Below, piece by piece: positions 1 to 11,851 of a stretch of DNA of 64,000 nucleotides (positions are counted from its first letter, which is position 1; the number at the start of each line of letters is the position of its first letter). The notes below the pieces were generated by a model, which worked only from the letters and a program-made list of their open reading frames with translations, was not told the origin of the DNA and ran no database searches. The position numbers and the translations under genes are program-made. Source of the stretch: Patellaria atrata CBS 101060 (taxonomy: Eukaryota); assembly GCA_010093705.1 (NCBI GenBank), contig MU006089.1, positions 1,180,455-1,244,454 on the forward strand, written 5' to 3'.

Positions 1-2
1 AT

Positions 3-950
3 TCATTCAATCCCTTCCTTCCTCCAATTCCCCAAGGGCAGCCTATGCAGCAACTAGATGCTTCGTTTCAGAGTCTACAGATCGCGCAAAGGCAGCCACA
101 ACAATTATTTCCCAACAACACAGGAGGCCACGGTTTTCACAATCCGCAAGCTCACAATCCTTTTCTCCAAACTTACACCCCACCGCCCGTTCCTCAAATT
201 CCAAACAATTTTCAAAGCTCTATACTCTCAAATTCTGCATCCTTCAACTCAACCAATAGTAATCCTTTCTTGAGGCATTCTCAATCACAAAATTTCGTTT
301 CATCGAACCCTTTTGACCAGCCACAGCAACAGCAGCAAGTTTTCAACAGTCATAGTGCTGTGGCCCAACAGCCGCCTGCAATGTACGGGAGTACACAGCA
401 ACAGCAGCAGCAGTGGAGTCAGAGTTGGCAGCCCCAAGAGCAACAGACCCCTTTTCAGAATACGAACTATTCTGACGCCAGTCCATTCTCCGGTATTGAG
501 TCACAGCAGACTTTCAACCAATCCAATCAATCAACCTACTCAACTATACAGTCCCAAGCACCGATCATGAGTGGATCCACGCAGTCGATGACTCCTTTTC
601 GCAAAGAGTCTATCATGGCTCTGTATAATTACCCCCATCTTGCTCCGCCCAGAGCCACGGATAGTGCCCCAAGTACGCCTGTAGAACCATTCGGAGGCAT
701 GGGATCAAAGCACCGCAGTGTGACTATGCCCGTTCTTGGTCCTACTAGTAACGGAACCAACCTGATTTCGCAAGCCACCCCTTCTTCTGGGACCTTAAAC
801 CCTTTCGGCGCTGCAGCAACTATTACCGGGCCTAATGGTACATCAAGACATATGAGTAACGAAAGTGTTGATTTTGCAGGATTGATGAATCAAGCCCGAT
901 CGCATAGTCCGGACGCATTTGCTGGTTTGAGTGCGAAATATACCCACTAA
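3..950 (+). CDS. C-terminal part of an NPF/Gln-rich endocytic adaptor, probably an ArfGAP (Gts1/SMAP-like); 5' end lies outside the window
   Basis: Frame open from base 3 to TAA at 950. It has five NPF motifs, polyQ tracts and a C-terminal 'SIMALYNYP...HSPDAFAGLSAKY' segment that I recall from fungal ArfGAP proteins. The GAP domain itself is not in the window. Confidence 0.65.
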   Translation, partial: SFNPFLPPIPQGQPMQQLDASFQSLQIAQRQPQQLFPNNTGGHGFHNPQAHNPFLQTYTPPPVPQIPNNFQSSILSNSASFNSTNSNPFLRHSQSQNFVSSNPFDQPQQQQQVFNSHSAVAQQPPAMYGSTQQQQQQWSQSWQPQEQQTPFQNTNYSDASPFSGIESQQTFNQSNQSTYSTIQSQAPIMSGSTQSMTPFRKESIMALYNYPHLAPPRATDSAPSTPVEPFGGMGSKHRSVTMPVLGPTSNGTNLISQATPSSGTLNPFGAAATITGPNGTSRHMSNESVDFAGLMNQARSHSPDAFAGLSAKYTH

Positions 951-3293
951 GTTGTACTGAGTACGAAAATATTCCAACGTAAGCGGACGTTGGCCTTGGC
1001 TACGGTCGTCATTTATGAGTAGGAAACCATTTGGAGTTGAAACACTCGGGTTTAGGCGAGCGCTAGTCAGTTATCCGCCGTTTAAATAATAATGCATTGG
1101 ATGATTGCTGGTTTCTGGATGGACGAAAAGGTCCGAACGTACTCTATACACGAACATTAATAGAAGCGCCCACATCTGCTATAAACGACCCACTGGAATC
1201 AAGCGGCGTGACCGGCAGCAAAGGTGCCCTTGATGCATTCGGTGCACCGGATTCTCGTAGGGGAGGGCAAGTTCCGTGTATATTCAGCTGAGCTGGGTGG
1301 GAGCTGTCATGGGATTGGCAAGGCAGAATGGATGCCTTGGGAGTTAGGTTTACATGTACTTCTATATGAACGTGGCTGTGCGGCTGATGTAACTGGTCGT
1401 ACTAACCTAGTGGAGTTGTTGTTTCTATCCACAAGGAGAATAGATGTTTTGTAATCGCATTTTTATTGAACTAGCGGTCGAATAAAAGCTCTCACCGCTG
1501 TAATTACTTGACTACAGTGATATTTTTTGAATTCAACGTTGACGACGTCGTGATAGGACTTGTAATTTATAGCCTAAAATTGCCCGTAATGCCACGAGGT
1601 TTTGATCCAGGTTGATGGCACCTTATCCTATTTTGGCTAAACGTTTCGATGGAGTAACAAACATCATATCCATCTTCTCAGCCTCACCTCACCATTTCTT
1701 GACAATTCTGTCCTCAAGGCATAAGGCCGAAACCCAACCTTCTACGCGCTCGCCGATGAAAAAATCTTTTCGTGCAACTCCTGCCCAGAGCACCAATTGT
1801 AAATCCTCCTTATTTGACCTATCGTCAATTTCGGAGAGGAGGGACACCCTCTCATGAATTACAGGAAGGAGTCTGCTTTTGTTCTTCAATGGGAATGGGT
1901 ATCAAACCGGCAATCGTACGTTTTTGACTTTAGATCTCTATCTTGATACTTTGAAATATGATCTACATATCTGTCACTGATGCTTATTTTGATGCTGATG
2001 CCGATAGAGCTCGTGGGGAATGTGTTCCTAACTCGAGGCTGAAACACAGCCACATTCTAAAAGAACTCATGTCAGAGGATTATCACGTTTTTACTGTATG
2101 AAAAATTCGTTCGAAACGGCGTTCTACGGGAACTCATGTTCACTGACCAATCGGTATGGCTCAAGTAGGCAGACACCCCATGTCAAAGGTATTCATCTTA
2201 CGGGTCTTCCGTTACGGATTTCAGAGGGACAATAACGGGAATATGCAGGAACTCTATCCTTAACCTTGAAATCGTCTGCCTGGAGAAGTGTGCTTTAATC
2301 AGGAACCCTAAGCCCAATCATGACAACATCTCTCTTTCTTAGATCTCGTGCAACCCGGACGCCCTGCAAGGCTACCATATCAGTTTACTTTCATATATCC
2401 CCTTCTAGAAAAATCAAGGACGAAAGCGTTCCACCGTCATATATAGAACTTCTCTGTGAAGCATGAGATTGGTCCCACGGCACTACCGAGCTGCATCCTC
2501 CGGGTAGTTCATCGCCAAAGCTTTCTTGCGGATTGTCTACGTTCAATGCAAGATTGCCGATGAGGATCAAAAGCCTCAACCTCTCGTCCGCGTCGGCTTT
2601 CCTCGCCAATGCCCCGAATCTTCAATTATAGGCCATGAAGAAGAAAATGGACCCAATCACATTAGAGTACTCACTATCCAAAAGTTCCACCAAATTTTTG
2701 ACTCAATGTAGTCTTGCCCTTATAGTCGCCAACGCCGATATTAGGAATACCATAGCCCGTTCACTCTCTTTGATAGGAGCATGGCCTCGATCATCTTATT
2801 CCTATATGACACATGCCCCGTTCCCTGTAGTCAATCATAGGTATCACCAAAGCTTCTTTTAATTCTGTCCTCTCTGTTCTCGGTCACGTTAGAAGTTGTG
2901 CATCATCCATCATTATTTCAACCCTAATTCAGGCACCAAAGAACGCAATCCCAAGACCCTTCGCCAGCTGAATGATATCAGTGTCTTTTGAGTCCGTTCA
3001 CATCTTTCTATCTTCATAGGCTTTGCGGTGCACCTTTTTCTCTATTTGGCTTGAAGTTGAAGAGTCACTGTTGCGCCATGAATAGGACTCATACATAGGC
3101 TCCCCCTTTCATCGTACAAGACACCTATCCACTCTCGCTATATAACACGTATCCAGTCTCGTCGTATATGACCGTCATTTCGCATCTACATTCGTTAGTA
3201 ACTACTATCGCTTCAAAATAAGTGCAGGAAACAATATCATATCACATAACCCGTTTATATACCTTCATATATCTCACCCTTAATCCATATAAT

Positions 3294-3756
3294 ATGGCCG
3301 AACGACAGCGGAGCGGAGAACCTTCAAATTCACATGAAGGTGAAGATCCCCAATCTCATCAGGGGGATAACTGGGCATCGGTGACAGATCCGAACGAGAG
3401 GCGGAAGATTCAGAACAAACTTGCACAAAGGAAGTTCCGTAAGTTCTTTGATATCCATGTCGGCGACTTGTAGTCCGCTTAGGTACTGACAGCTTTCATT
3501 AGGTGCCAAAGCAAAGGAACAGAAAGAAGAAGCCGTGCGAGAAGTGGAGAATCAACAGCGGGCTGGATCCGCTTATGCTTCTCCTAATCCAAGCGAACTC
3601 GAAAGTCGGGGAGAGCTGTCAGGGTTACCATGGGGCGGGGTCTCCATGCGGCATATTGTTGAAACTGGGAAGTCAAAGACAGAGAACTCTCAACAGAGTT
3701 CGCGCGAAACATCGGTCTACGCCGCTGCTTCGCGTTCTGGTGGAAGCTCCCAGTAA
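3294..3756 (+). CDS. Small bZIP basic-region transcription factor-like protein (~132 aa, 2 exons)
   Basis: ATG 3294; intron 3439-3502 (GTAAGT..TACTGAC..TAG) joins 'WASVTDPNERRKIQNKLAQRKFR' in frame to 'AKAKEQKEE...LSGLPWGGVSMRHIV'. TATA-like motif near 3139. A further 3' exon is possible. Confidence 0.8.
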
Positions 3757-5265
3757 GCCTACGCCCACGCCAGCCAGTGAGTCCTTTCCCGCGCACCTTC
3801 ACACGCGGGTCACTAATTTTTGGAAAGAGTCGGGCCCGGCTTACACCTTACACACCATTTCGCCAGAGGGCCACCTGCTTGGATATATCTGAGAAGATCT
3901 TCTCAGATATGTCCCACCTGTCAGTCATACGATCCAGCATCGTATTTCTGAACGTCTTAAATCTTATGGCTGTTATTTGGGTTTCTTATGGCTAGTGTTT
4001 GGATCCACTAGTTGTTGAGCATGGTGTTCCGGCAGTAAAAGTTCGTTTCGTAATATGGTAATCCTGGTATTGTTTTCGCAATTGCTTTTGGAACTATCAT
4101 TCCCCATCTCCTACGCCCCTTGAACTTCTTCATCGCTTTCTTTTCGTTCTTTTCTCCCTTTTATCTTTCTTTCATAACGACTTCAGCGGGTCGATTCTTT
4201 CTTTAGTCTGTTGTATGCTCTGTTGGACTTTCGCTTCGGCTGTGCCGAATGCAGATGGTATGATCTTCTTCAGCAGCATCTTAGCGTATATACAATATAA
4301 TTATTAGTTTACTCACCAAGATATTGTTAATGGTAGCATATTATTTCTGAAGATCTTCTGACTGTATCAGGGGGTCAAGGACATGTTGTTACTGAGAAAT
4401 GAGATAGTAAGTTACGTTTGGGATGTTAGTATTAGAGCCGGACCGCTTGAAAAGCACTCACCGCCAATCTTGAGAATGAAGAGAGATACGGCGTGATTTG
4501 TACAGCCTTGCGATTAAACACCAGGAGTATGATGGACTTCACATGAAATTCTGCAAGAGTAAATTATCACCCAATAAGGAGCTCCACCGCGGCTATCGCT
4601 CGTGGCTGTGCAAAAGTCAGATGTGGCACATCTACCCGCAACTTCAATACCACCCCAACATCTGTCCAACTATTCGACACAACACTAACATGCCCCCACA
4701 TCTGTATTTTGCCTTGATTCTTCTTCACTGCAGATGATACGCCAATAGTTGAGTCTAAAAGCTAACGTCATGCGCCGCGGCTGCCTCTGCCGATAACGAC
4801 GGGGAGATCCTCCACCGAATCGATTGGCAGACGCGAATTCCGACAGACTCGAAGAGAACGGCCTATCATGGCTTGACTCGAGCATGTTAGATGCGGCTAA
4901 AAGTTTCTTTAATGGCACAGTCATCCAATCTCGAGCACTCGAAGGGTAGAGAGCCCCCTGGACGACGTTGTCCTCCATCATATCTGTGAACCATGCCGCC
5001 CAGGCAGACGAACTGCTACTCCCATGATTCTACCATCGCGGGGAGGAGCGATTCATCGCCCTGGAGGACAGTGGTTCCCTTTGTGGCGTCGTTGTGGTTA
5101 GACGCCGCTAAAGGGCCCTGCTCGCCGTGCATTCATAACGATATTCCCCTCCTACGGCGGAGTTGGGGGAGAGCGAAGTACTTATATCGAGAGTCGGGTT
5201 GTCTCGAAAGATACGGCAATCAGGAACGACGACGATTTTTTTTTTCCGAACTATCTTAAACTTTG

Positions 5266-6752
5266 ATGACTTCGCCGATCGATGAATTCAGGAGACTCTC
5301 CCTGAAGACGAAGATGGTGCCTACGACGCGCAGTCAGAGCATGGCTTCTCAATCGGCGCCGCCGGCGCGGGCGGTCGACGAGAACCCCGGACGGGTCACG
5401 ACGAATGCGGGCGTCACTTACGATTTGGAGGCTTTGGATCAGGTGGGGAGACGGTATGCGAGGCTTGCGTTCGATGAGTTCAACGGTATCAATTTGGATT
5501 ACTTCACTGAGTTTGCGGATGATGGGTTTTATGCGTTTCAGATCACGGATAGGGTGTCGGTGCGGATAGGGAATGATGGCACCGACTATGCGGTCCCGAA
5601 CTGTACTTGCGGGGCGAACGAGGGGGATCAGGCGTGTAAGGTAATTGTTCACCTCCAGCGTTCAGTGGTAGAATAATCTTATCATTCATATAGCATATAT
5701 TCTGGTTGTGGGACCAGTTGGTTCAATCAGCTCCCCGGGCACCACCATTGTGCAAGCTGGAGAAGGACGGATCCCGCATACACAACAAGTCTCCCTATCA
5801 GTTAATCATGGACGTCGGCACCTCGGAGCTCGAAGAGAACAGGAGATGGCGCCACAGCACTCGCGAAGCTGAAGTCACCAACGTAAGAGAGCCAGCACAA
5901 GACACGGATCTCAGCGACGACAGCAGCGACGACTCTATCGACTTAGACCAGCGCATCGAGGAAATCCAAGACATGCTCTCCGTTTTCGAGCCGATCAAGA
6001 TGTTTGCGGAAGCTTCTGGTGGGACCAGTCTCGTGACCGCTTTGTCCCGCCACGCCTCTTACCCACGCATCTACAAAGCCTTTAGCGAAATCGTCGCACA
6101 GAGAGCCAGCAGGGAAGCATCCTTCTTTCAGCGTCTCCGCGCGGTCATCAACCCAGACATCCGGGCCGAGGCATGCTTCGAGAAGATCAGACGCAGGGTG
6201 GAAAGGTCATTCGAGGCCCTGAACGAACACATGTTGCACGGACCCACGGGGCCCAGTCCCCGTCATGACGTCGTGCACTGCGCCCACGATCTTAGGGAGA
6301 TGGTAGCCGCGATAGAGTCCGAGTTCGAAGAGCGACGCGATAGTCTTAGTCCAGCTGGCGGAGCGAACGTGGCCAACGGCGCCGTTGCGGCCCTCCTCGA
6401 TATCCTCGAAGGTGTGGTGGAGCGGAACAAAGACGCCTACGCCGATATCGACTGGGCCCGCGTCGCGGGCGAGAACGAACCCGCTCGGCAGGTTAATCTG
6501 TATGCGCAGCTCATCGGGCAGCCGGGAGAGGAGGACGAGGGCGACTTTGTGCTGGAGCAGCTGAGGAAGTTCCCGGATAGTGTTCGCCTCAATCACGTGG
6601 AGAGGTTGGATGGGATTTTGCAGACTTTGAAGGCACACGGGGCGCCGGGGAGGTATCTGAGTGCTTTTGGAAATCTGGTGGGGAGTGATGACCGGAAGCG
6701 GAAGGGCGGGGAGCAGGCGGGAAGGAGCAGCTCAAGGAGGAGGGTGAGGTAG
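5266..6752 (+). CDS. SWIM zinc-finger domain protein (2 exons)
   Basis: Intron 5641-5693 joins 'PNCTCGANEGDQACK' to 'HIFWLWDQL', giving CxC-x8-CxH (SWIM). Basic NLS-like C-terminus. Confidence 0.8.
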
Positions 6753-8345
6753 GTAGGTACCTTTGGGAAGGCAGGTGAGATTGTCGGGCGTACTTTCCTT
6801 CGTTTACTTTCTTTCGTTGTACTTCGTTTTTCCTTTATGTATTTTTATTACATTCTTTTGGTGGTTCAGATAGTAGTGGATTTTTCATCGTTTCCACTTT
6901 CTTCTTTCCTGGAACCCTGGCGGTCCCTTAGGTTTCCTTTGTCAATACTTCCATGTGATTCTTTCTTTCACTCTCTATGGCACTTGATCTAAACGAGCCT
7001 TGCAGGTCGGCTTTCTGTGTAGGGTCTTGTGTCGTTTTCTTGTTGTTAACTGTAGTCTAAAGCTTGGGTAGTTGTAATCGATCAATAGTGTATCCAAGGA
7101 CTCCGAGACCCTAGAAGTGTAGTGACCTTCGTTCTGATGGGCTCAAGGGTTGTATTGTACAGCCGTTCTACCCTGAACACATGCATCTTAATCTATACCG
7201 TATGCTGTGGCCTGCATCTCATACTTACTTCGTATCGGGATGGTTCTACCTTACTTGGCCTGAATGATAATGTAGTCCATGATTCGCCAGAGCTGCATCT
7301 GGGCGTACAATATTGCAGTAGTTATAACCGCGTACTAAGAATGTGGTACTATATTAATCGTGGGATAGGGGGGGTTGTTTGATCGCTAGAATGCGTGTAC
7401 TATTGTAGAAGTGGTGCGGAGGTCATTCAACCATGACTGAATTTATTCTAGCGACAGACTTGGAAGTGGTTGGCGGTTTTGCGGGGAAGGAAAGCTTGTT
7501 GATCAGCTATGGTAAGGTATGGTACTAATACCTTATCGATATTTGGTTGGTGATGTTATAGTAGGATGTACGGTACGGTACTGTACTGTATGGAGTTATC
7601 TGTACCTTTGAGAGCGAGATGCATGGCGTACAATACGAGTGCATCTGCATATCCGGGCGTGGAGATGGGGATAAAGATGATTCGGGTGGAACTGGCTTGT
7701 ACTGTACCTTACTGAGGTGTAAATGACCCAACATTACATCATGTTTCAAAGCTGCGTGAGTCTGATACAATCTGTACCGTACTTGCGGTACTGACGACAT
7801 GTTTGTGATGATGATGGTGGTGTTATCTTGTCGTGAGTACCTTATGGTGATATATAATGGGAAAGGGACCATCCAAGAGGGGCAAGCACGACCCCTTTGA
7901 TCTCCTATATAAAACCATATAAAACAGAGGCTTGGATGGGCCAGAAGGTCTGGAGTCCCCACTTACTGGCGCGTCTCCATACCCCCCGCAGACAAGATTA
8001 CGCAGCTTGAACCTATCAAAGGAGACTAAAGGAGTCTTGTTCATTCATCCCCGCCCCCCGCTTTCTACCAAAGCAACTAGATCCGCGAGCCAACGACGTC
8101 TTGGGCCATCTAAGAGCCAAATCCTCCACCAAGCCCTAAACGTATCTTACATTTCCAGCTTCCCTTACCTACTCAAACACTCCACAAAAGCAAACACACT
8201 CCCCGTCCTCACACTTCTCCTATTCTATTCTTCTTCCTTCCACAACTCAGATTCCTCATCCGACCCATCAATCAACCAGCTCACAACTCCATCATTTTGC
8301 CATCCCTTCATTGTCAATAAACAAACAACCTACGAAAGCACATTC

Positions 8346-9171
8346 ATGTCTTCCGATCGCAACTCCCCTCCTCTTCCATCACCCCCTCTCGCCGACCGTA
8401 GAAGGGCCTCGATAACTGGCTCCACGTTCGCAGAGCTGTTCAGTCGCTCCCCTCCGTCTACCAGCTCGAGCCATTATCCAGGTCCCATCACTTCCGCTGC
8501 AGCTCAAGCCCAGCGTCGACGTCTATCCCTCACCACCGTCGGCTTGTCTCCTACCCAAGGACAGACTTCCCCCTTCGGTACCGCTCGATCCCGAGGCGAG
8601 AGCATCTCTTCCGCCAACTCCGCCTCAGTCGACGAGTCCCCCTTCGAAGACGGCGATGCCCCCGCTCCCGCTAACCCCTCTACCGCTTTCGGACGCCGCC
8701 TCAGCTTCGGTGCACGTGCTCTGCGGGACGTGAGGACGGGCGGCAGCAGTGGAAACGGGAATGGCAATGGTAGACCCTCCGTTGATAAGTCCTTCTCTCC
8801 CCCGACTGCCAAAGGTCGAGGTTTGTCACATTCATCCACACACCTTGGCCTCAAAAAGGGCCCTTCTCCACTCTACAGAATAACCATATTCATAATCATT
8901 ACAACCATATGCTTGACTGTATCATTTGCTGACATGTATATTACAACCTATAGGTGAAGGTTTCAGTTTCGCCGAGAATCTCCGCTCCAGAGCCGAGCGT
9001 ACCTCCATTTCCGGTGTCTCCGGTCATCATCCGGCTCCCCCTAATCCGAACCACCAGCGAGCGAAGAGTGTAGCGATAATGGAACCTCCCGTAAAGGAAG
9101 TTCCCAGGACACCGAAGGTACCCGATGCATTCCAAGAGCGTATTTTGAAAGGCGACTTCTATATGGACTAA
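8346..9171 (+). CDS. Conserved fungal Ser-rich protein of unknown function ending PDAFQERILKGDFYMD
   Basis: ATG 8346; intron 8821-8953 (or alternative donor at 8770) joins two ORFs in frame. Repeated RRAS/RRLS motifs. Confidence 0.8.
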
Positions 9172-10176
9172 TGTGGTGTCAATACCATTCGACGCAAATG
9201 CCGTTCCGCTCTGTCCAATGGTTTGCCGGTATCTCTGTTCCTCTTTCCCATCCCCTGCCGAATTCGACACTTTTATTGTCTTTCCCGGCGTCGATATATG
9301 TCTAAACATTGCAATTCCATGCAGTCTTAACGAGAGCACGATTGATCCGACACCAAAATTCAATGGAGCCATTCATTCTCGGCGTTACGAGCGAGGTCAT
9401 TTCGATTACCTCAACCCTCCCACTATGGAGGAACGTTTTCATCCCATCTCCCCTAGGCGTACAAGAAAAAAGACAAAAGATCGAAGGGTTATCTTAACGG
9501 ATTTCCGGAAAAAAGTGCCTCTAAATGGTTATCTTTTCCCCTTTTCGGCCAATGGCCCGCTTTCACGGAGTTTTGGACCTACTTACCATTCTACGGATGC
9601 TGATGCGTCCCTATCAGTCCCGCACTGCTACTATATTCACGGCATCTGGGCTACTTGTCTTTACCCGCACTGCCGGGAGCAGACACACGTTGAGTCTTTT
9701 TCGCCATTAAGTTATATATTGTTTCAACAGGATCAGGAACTGCGAATCCTTAAATTGTCGCACGGTGGACGGTAGGGCACGGGCGTAACGGTTTCTAGAT
9801 TCTCTTTTTCTCTTCTATATTAGCTGTACAATCGTTTGTTCTACTTCTACTTCTTCAAAATGAGCCTGGAACTTTCTTTGCTTGGCTCGATGAGGGGCAG
9901 AATGGAGGGACTGGCTGCACTTGGGGATTCACGCTACGAATATTTCGTCTAGTATAAAGGATAGGAATGTATAAATTACTTTTTAACATTTAGGTCGGAT
10001 GATATTTGGTGATTAAACCTGATTTTCACCCTTGGAGCAACTTATAGTGCCAATCATCTTTTATCGTAAATGTGAAGATTCTAGAAACAAGATGGTACCT
10101 TCCTTACCCTTCGTACAGTACATGAACCCTTCATTTTCAATGTCCAACTTCGATGACCATCCAAACTTTGGAGCTT

Positions 10177-11101
10177 TCACAACTTCGACGGCAGCCACCT
10201 CGGCTCCCTCTTCTCCGCGAACGCTCTCAGCCCCTCCTTCGCGTTCTCCCCACCGATCAAAGCCTCGCCGAACCTCTCCTGCGTGATCTGATAAGCGCGC
10301 TCCACGCTTGCAGTCTCCCACGCCTGCCTCAAACCCGCCCTCGTCACTATTGCCGCATCCGGAGATATCTTCGCAACCTGTTTTGCAAGCTCTACAGCTT
10401 CTTCTACCAAAGACTCGGGCGTGCGCGAAATGTGATTGATCAACCGCAGTTCTTTGGCTTCTTGCGCGTTGAGCGTTCTGCCCGTCAGCGCGATCTCGCT
10501 CGCGACTTGTAACCCGACGGTGCGTATGAGGCGCGGTAGCCCGCCCGCGCCGGCGTAGATGCCGCGGAGGGCTTCGGGGAGGCCGAATGTTGCGGTTGGA
10601 GAGGCGATTGTCATGTCACTTGTACAGGTGTCAGTCTTGCGCAATGTCCTGTAATTGGTAGGATATCCCTTCCAAGCCACACGGGACTCACCAGTTCAAA
10701 CAAATCTCAAACCCCCCGCCCAGCGCAACGCCGTTGACGGCCGCGATCACCGGTTTCCTCCCTTCCCTTCTACTCAGGCCCGCAAAGCCGCTGCGAGGAT
10801 GCCGTCGCTGGGCCGCCTCGGCGGGGGTGGGGGGAGGTGCGTCCCGTAGTTGGCGGAGCTCGAGCAGGTCCTGGCCCGCGCAGAAGGCTTTTGTGCCGGC
10901 GCCGGTTATGATGGCGACGCGGAGAGTGGGCGAGGCGTCGTACCAGGTGAGCAGGGCGGAGAGGTCCCAGTGCGCGCTGTGGGGGAGGGCGTTCATGGAA
11001 GAGGGTCGGTTGAGGGTTATTAGGAGGGTGTGAGGGGTCGGGTGGGTGAGGAGGTAGGTTTGTGAGGAGGGTGGTGGGCTGGTCGGTGCGGAGGAGGACA
11101 T
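10177..11101 (-). CDS. Enoyl-CoA hydratase/isomerase (crotonase fold) with C-terminal PTS1 (SKL)
   Basis: Motifs ITLNRP..MNAL, AFCAGQDL, KPVIAAVNGVALGGGFE, FGLPE, EGLRAFAEKREP. Intron 10691-10619. Ends -SKL. Confidence 0.93.
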
Positions 11102-11851
11102 TTTGACGGATTGGGGAGGAGCGAAATGGTGGATGGGGAAGGTAAGGTTAAGGTCGAGGTCGAGGTCGAGCTTGCTGTTTGTGGTGACATCGTGATCGGG
11201 GTTGTTAGGTCGAGTAGGGAAGGTACCGTAGGTGGATGTGTTTTGGGATGCGGCCGAGATGGTGAAGCCCCTCAATCAACAGGCGGGAGGTTCCGAGGAC
11301 CGTGGAGCTGGGTACGAGTTGTAATTTGTGCACAGGACAGTAACCCTTGCAAACGCGATATGAACGAATACAGTACGCGACTGTCACCGAGTACGGAAAA
11401 CATACTGTCAAAATTGTATGTCTCAATGTCAAAAACCGTTCTGATTTTTCAACTCGTTATATCAAGTACACTAAGGACCAGAAAAATCCGATGATGTCGA
11501 CCAATTGGAATTCACAAAGATGCCAGAATTAGGGGGTGGGGCGGGCTATTCCCCCGGCTACTTACCACCCTATTTTTGTCCCTATTCAGATCTTCCTCCC
11601 CTTATCATCTTCCATGTAGAAAATTATTCTCCCTTTTTGACCCGAGATATTTTATTTTTTCTCTCGTGCGATCGCCTTTCGTTCAGCAGAATATTAGACT
11701 TGCTTGATCTATCTCACTGGGCACTCGTCGGCCGTCCGATCTTTTCCTTCCATCTGGTTCAGTTTGAACATACCATCTCATTCTGTACTGTGTACAAGCT
11801 CCTTTTCATGCACGAAATTTCCACGCCGTATATTTAAAGCTTCACGAGAGT

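Noticed and set aside
7932..8345. 138-aa N-terminal extension of the 7932-8957 ORF
   Set aside because: TTG start just after TATA-like boxes (~7906-7924) and CT/CA-rich UTR-like composition. ATG 8346 is the more plausible start.
9173..9775. 200-aa ORF right after the conserved gene's stop
   Set aside because: GTG start, different frame from the upstream CDS so not readthrough, and no domain. Probably a chance ORF in the 3'UTR.
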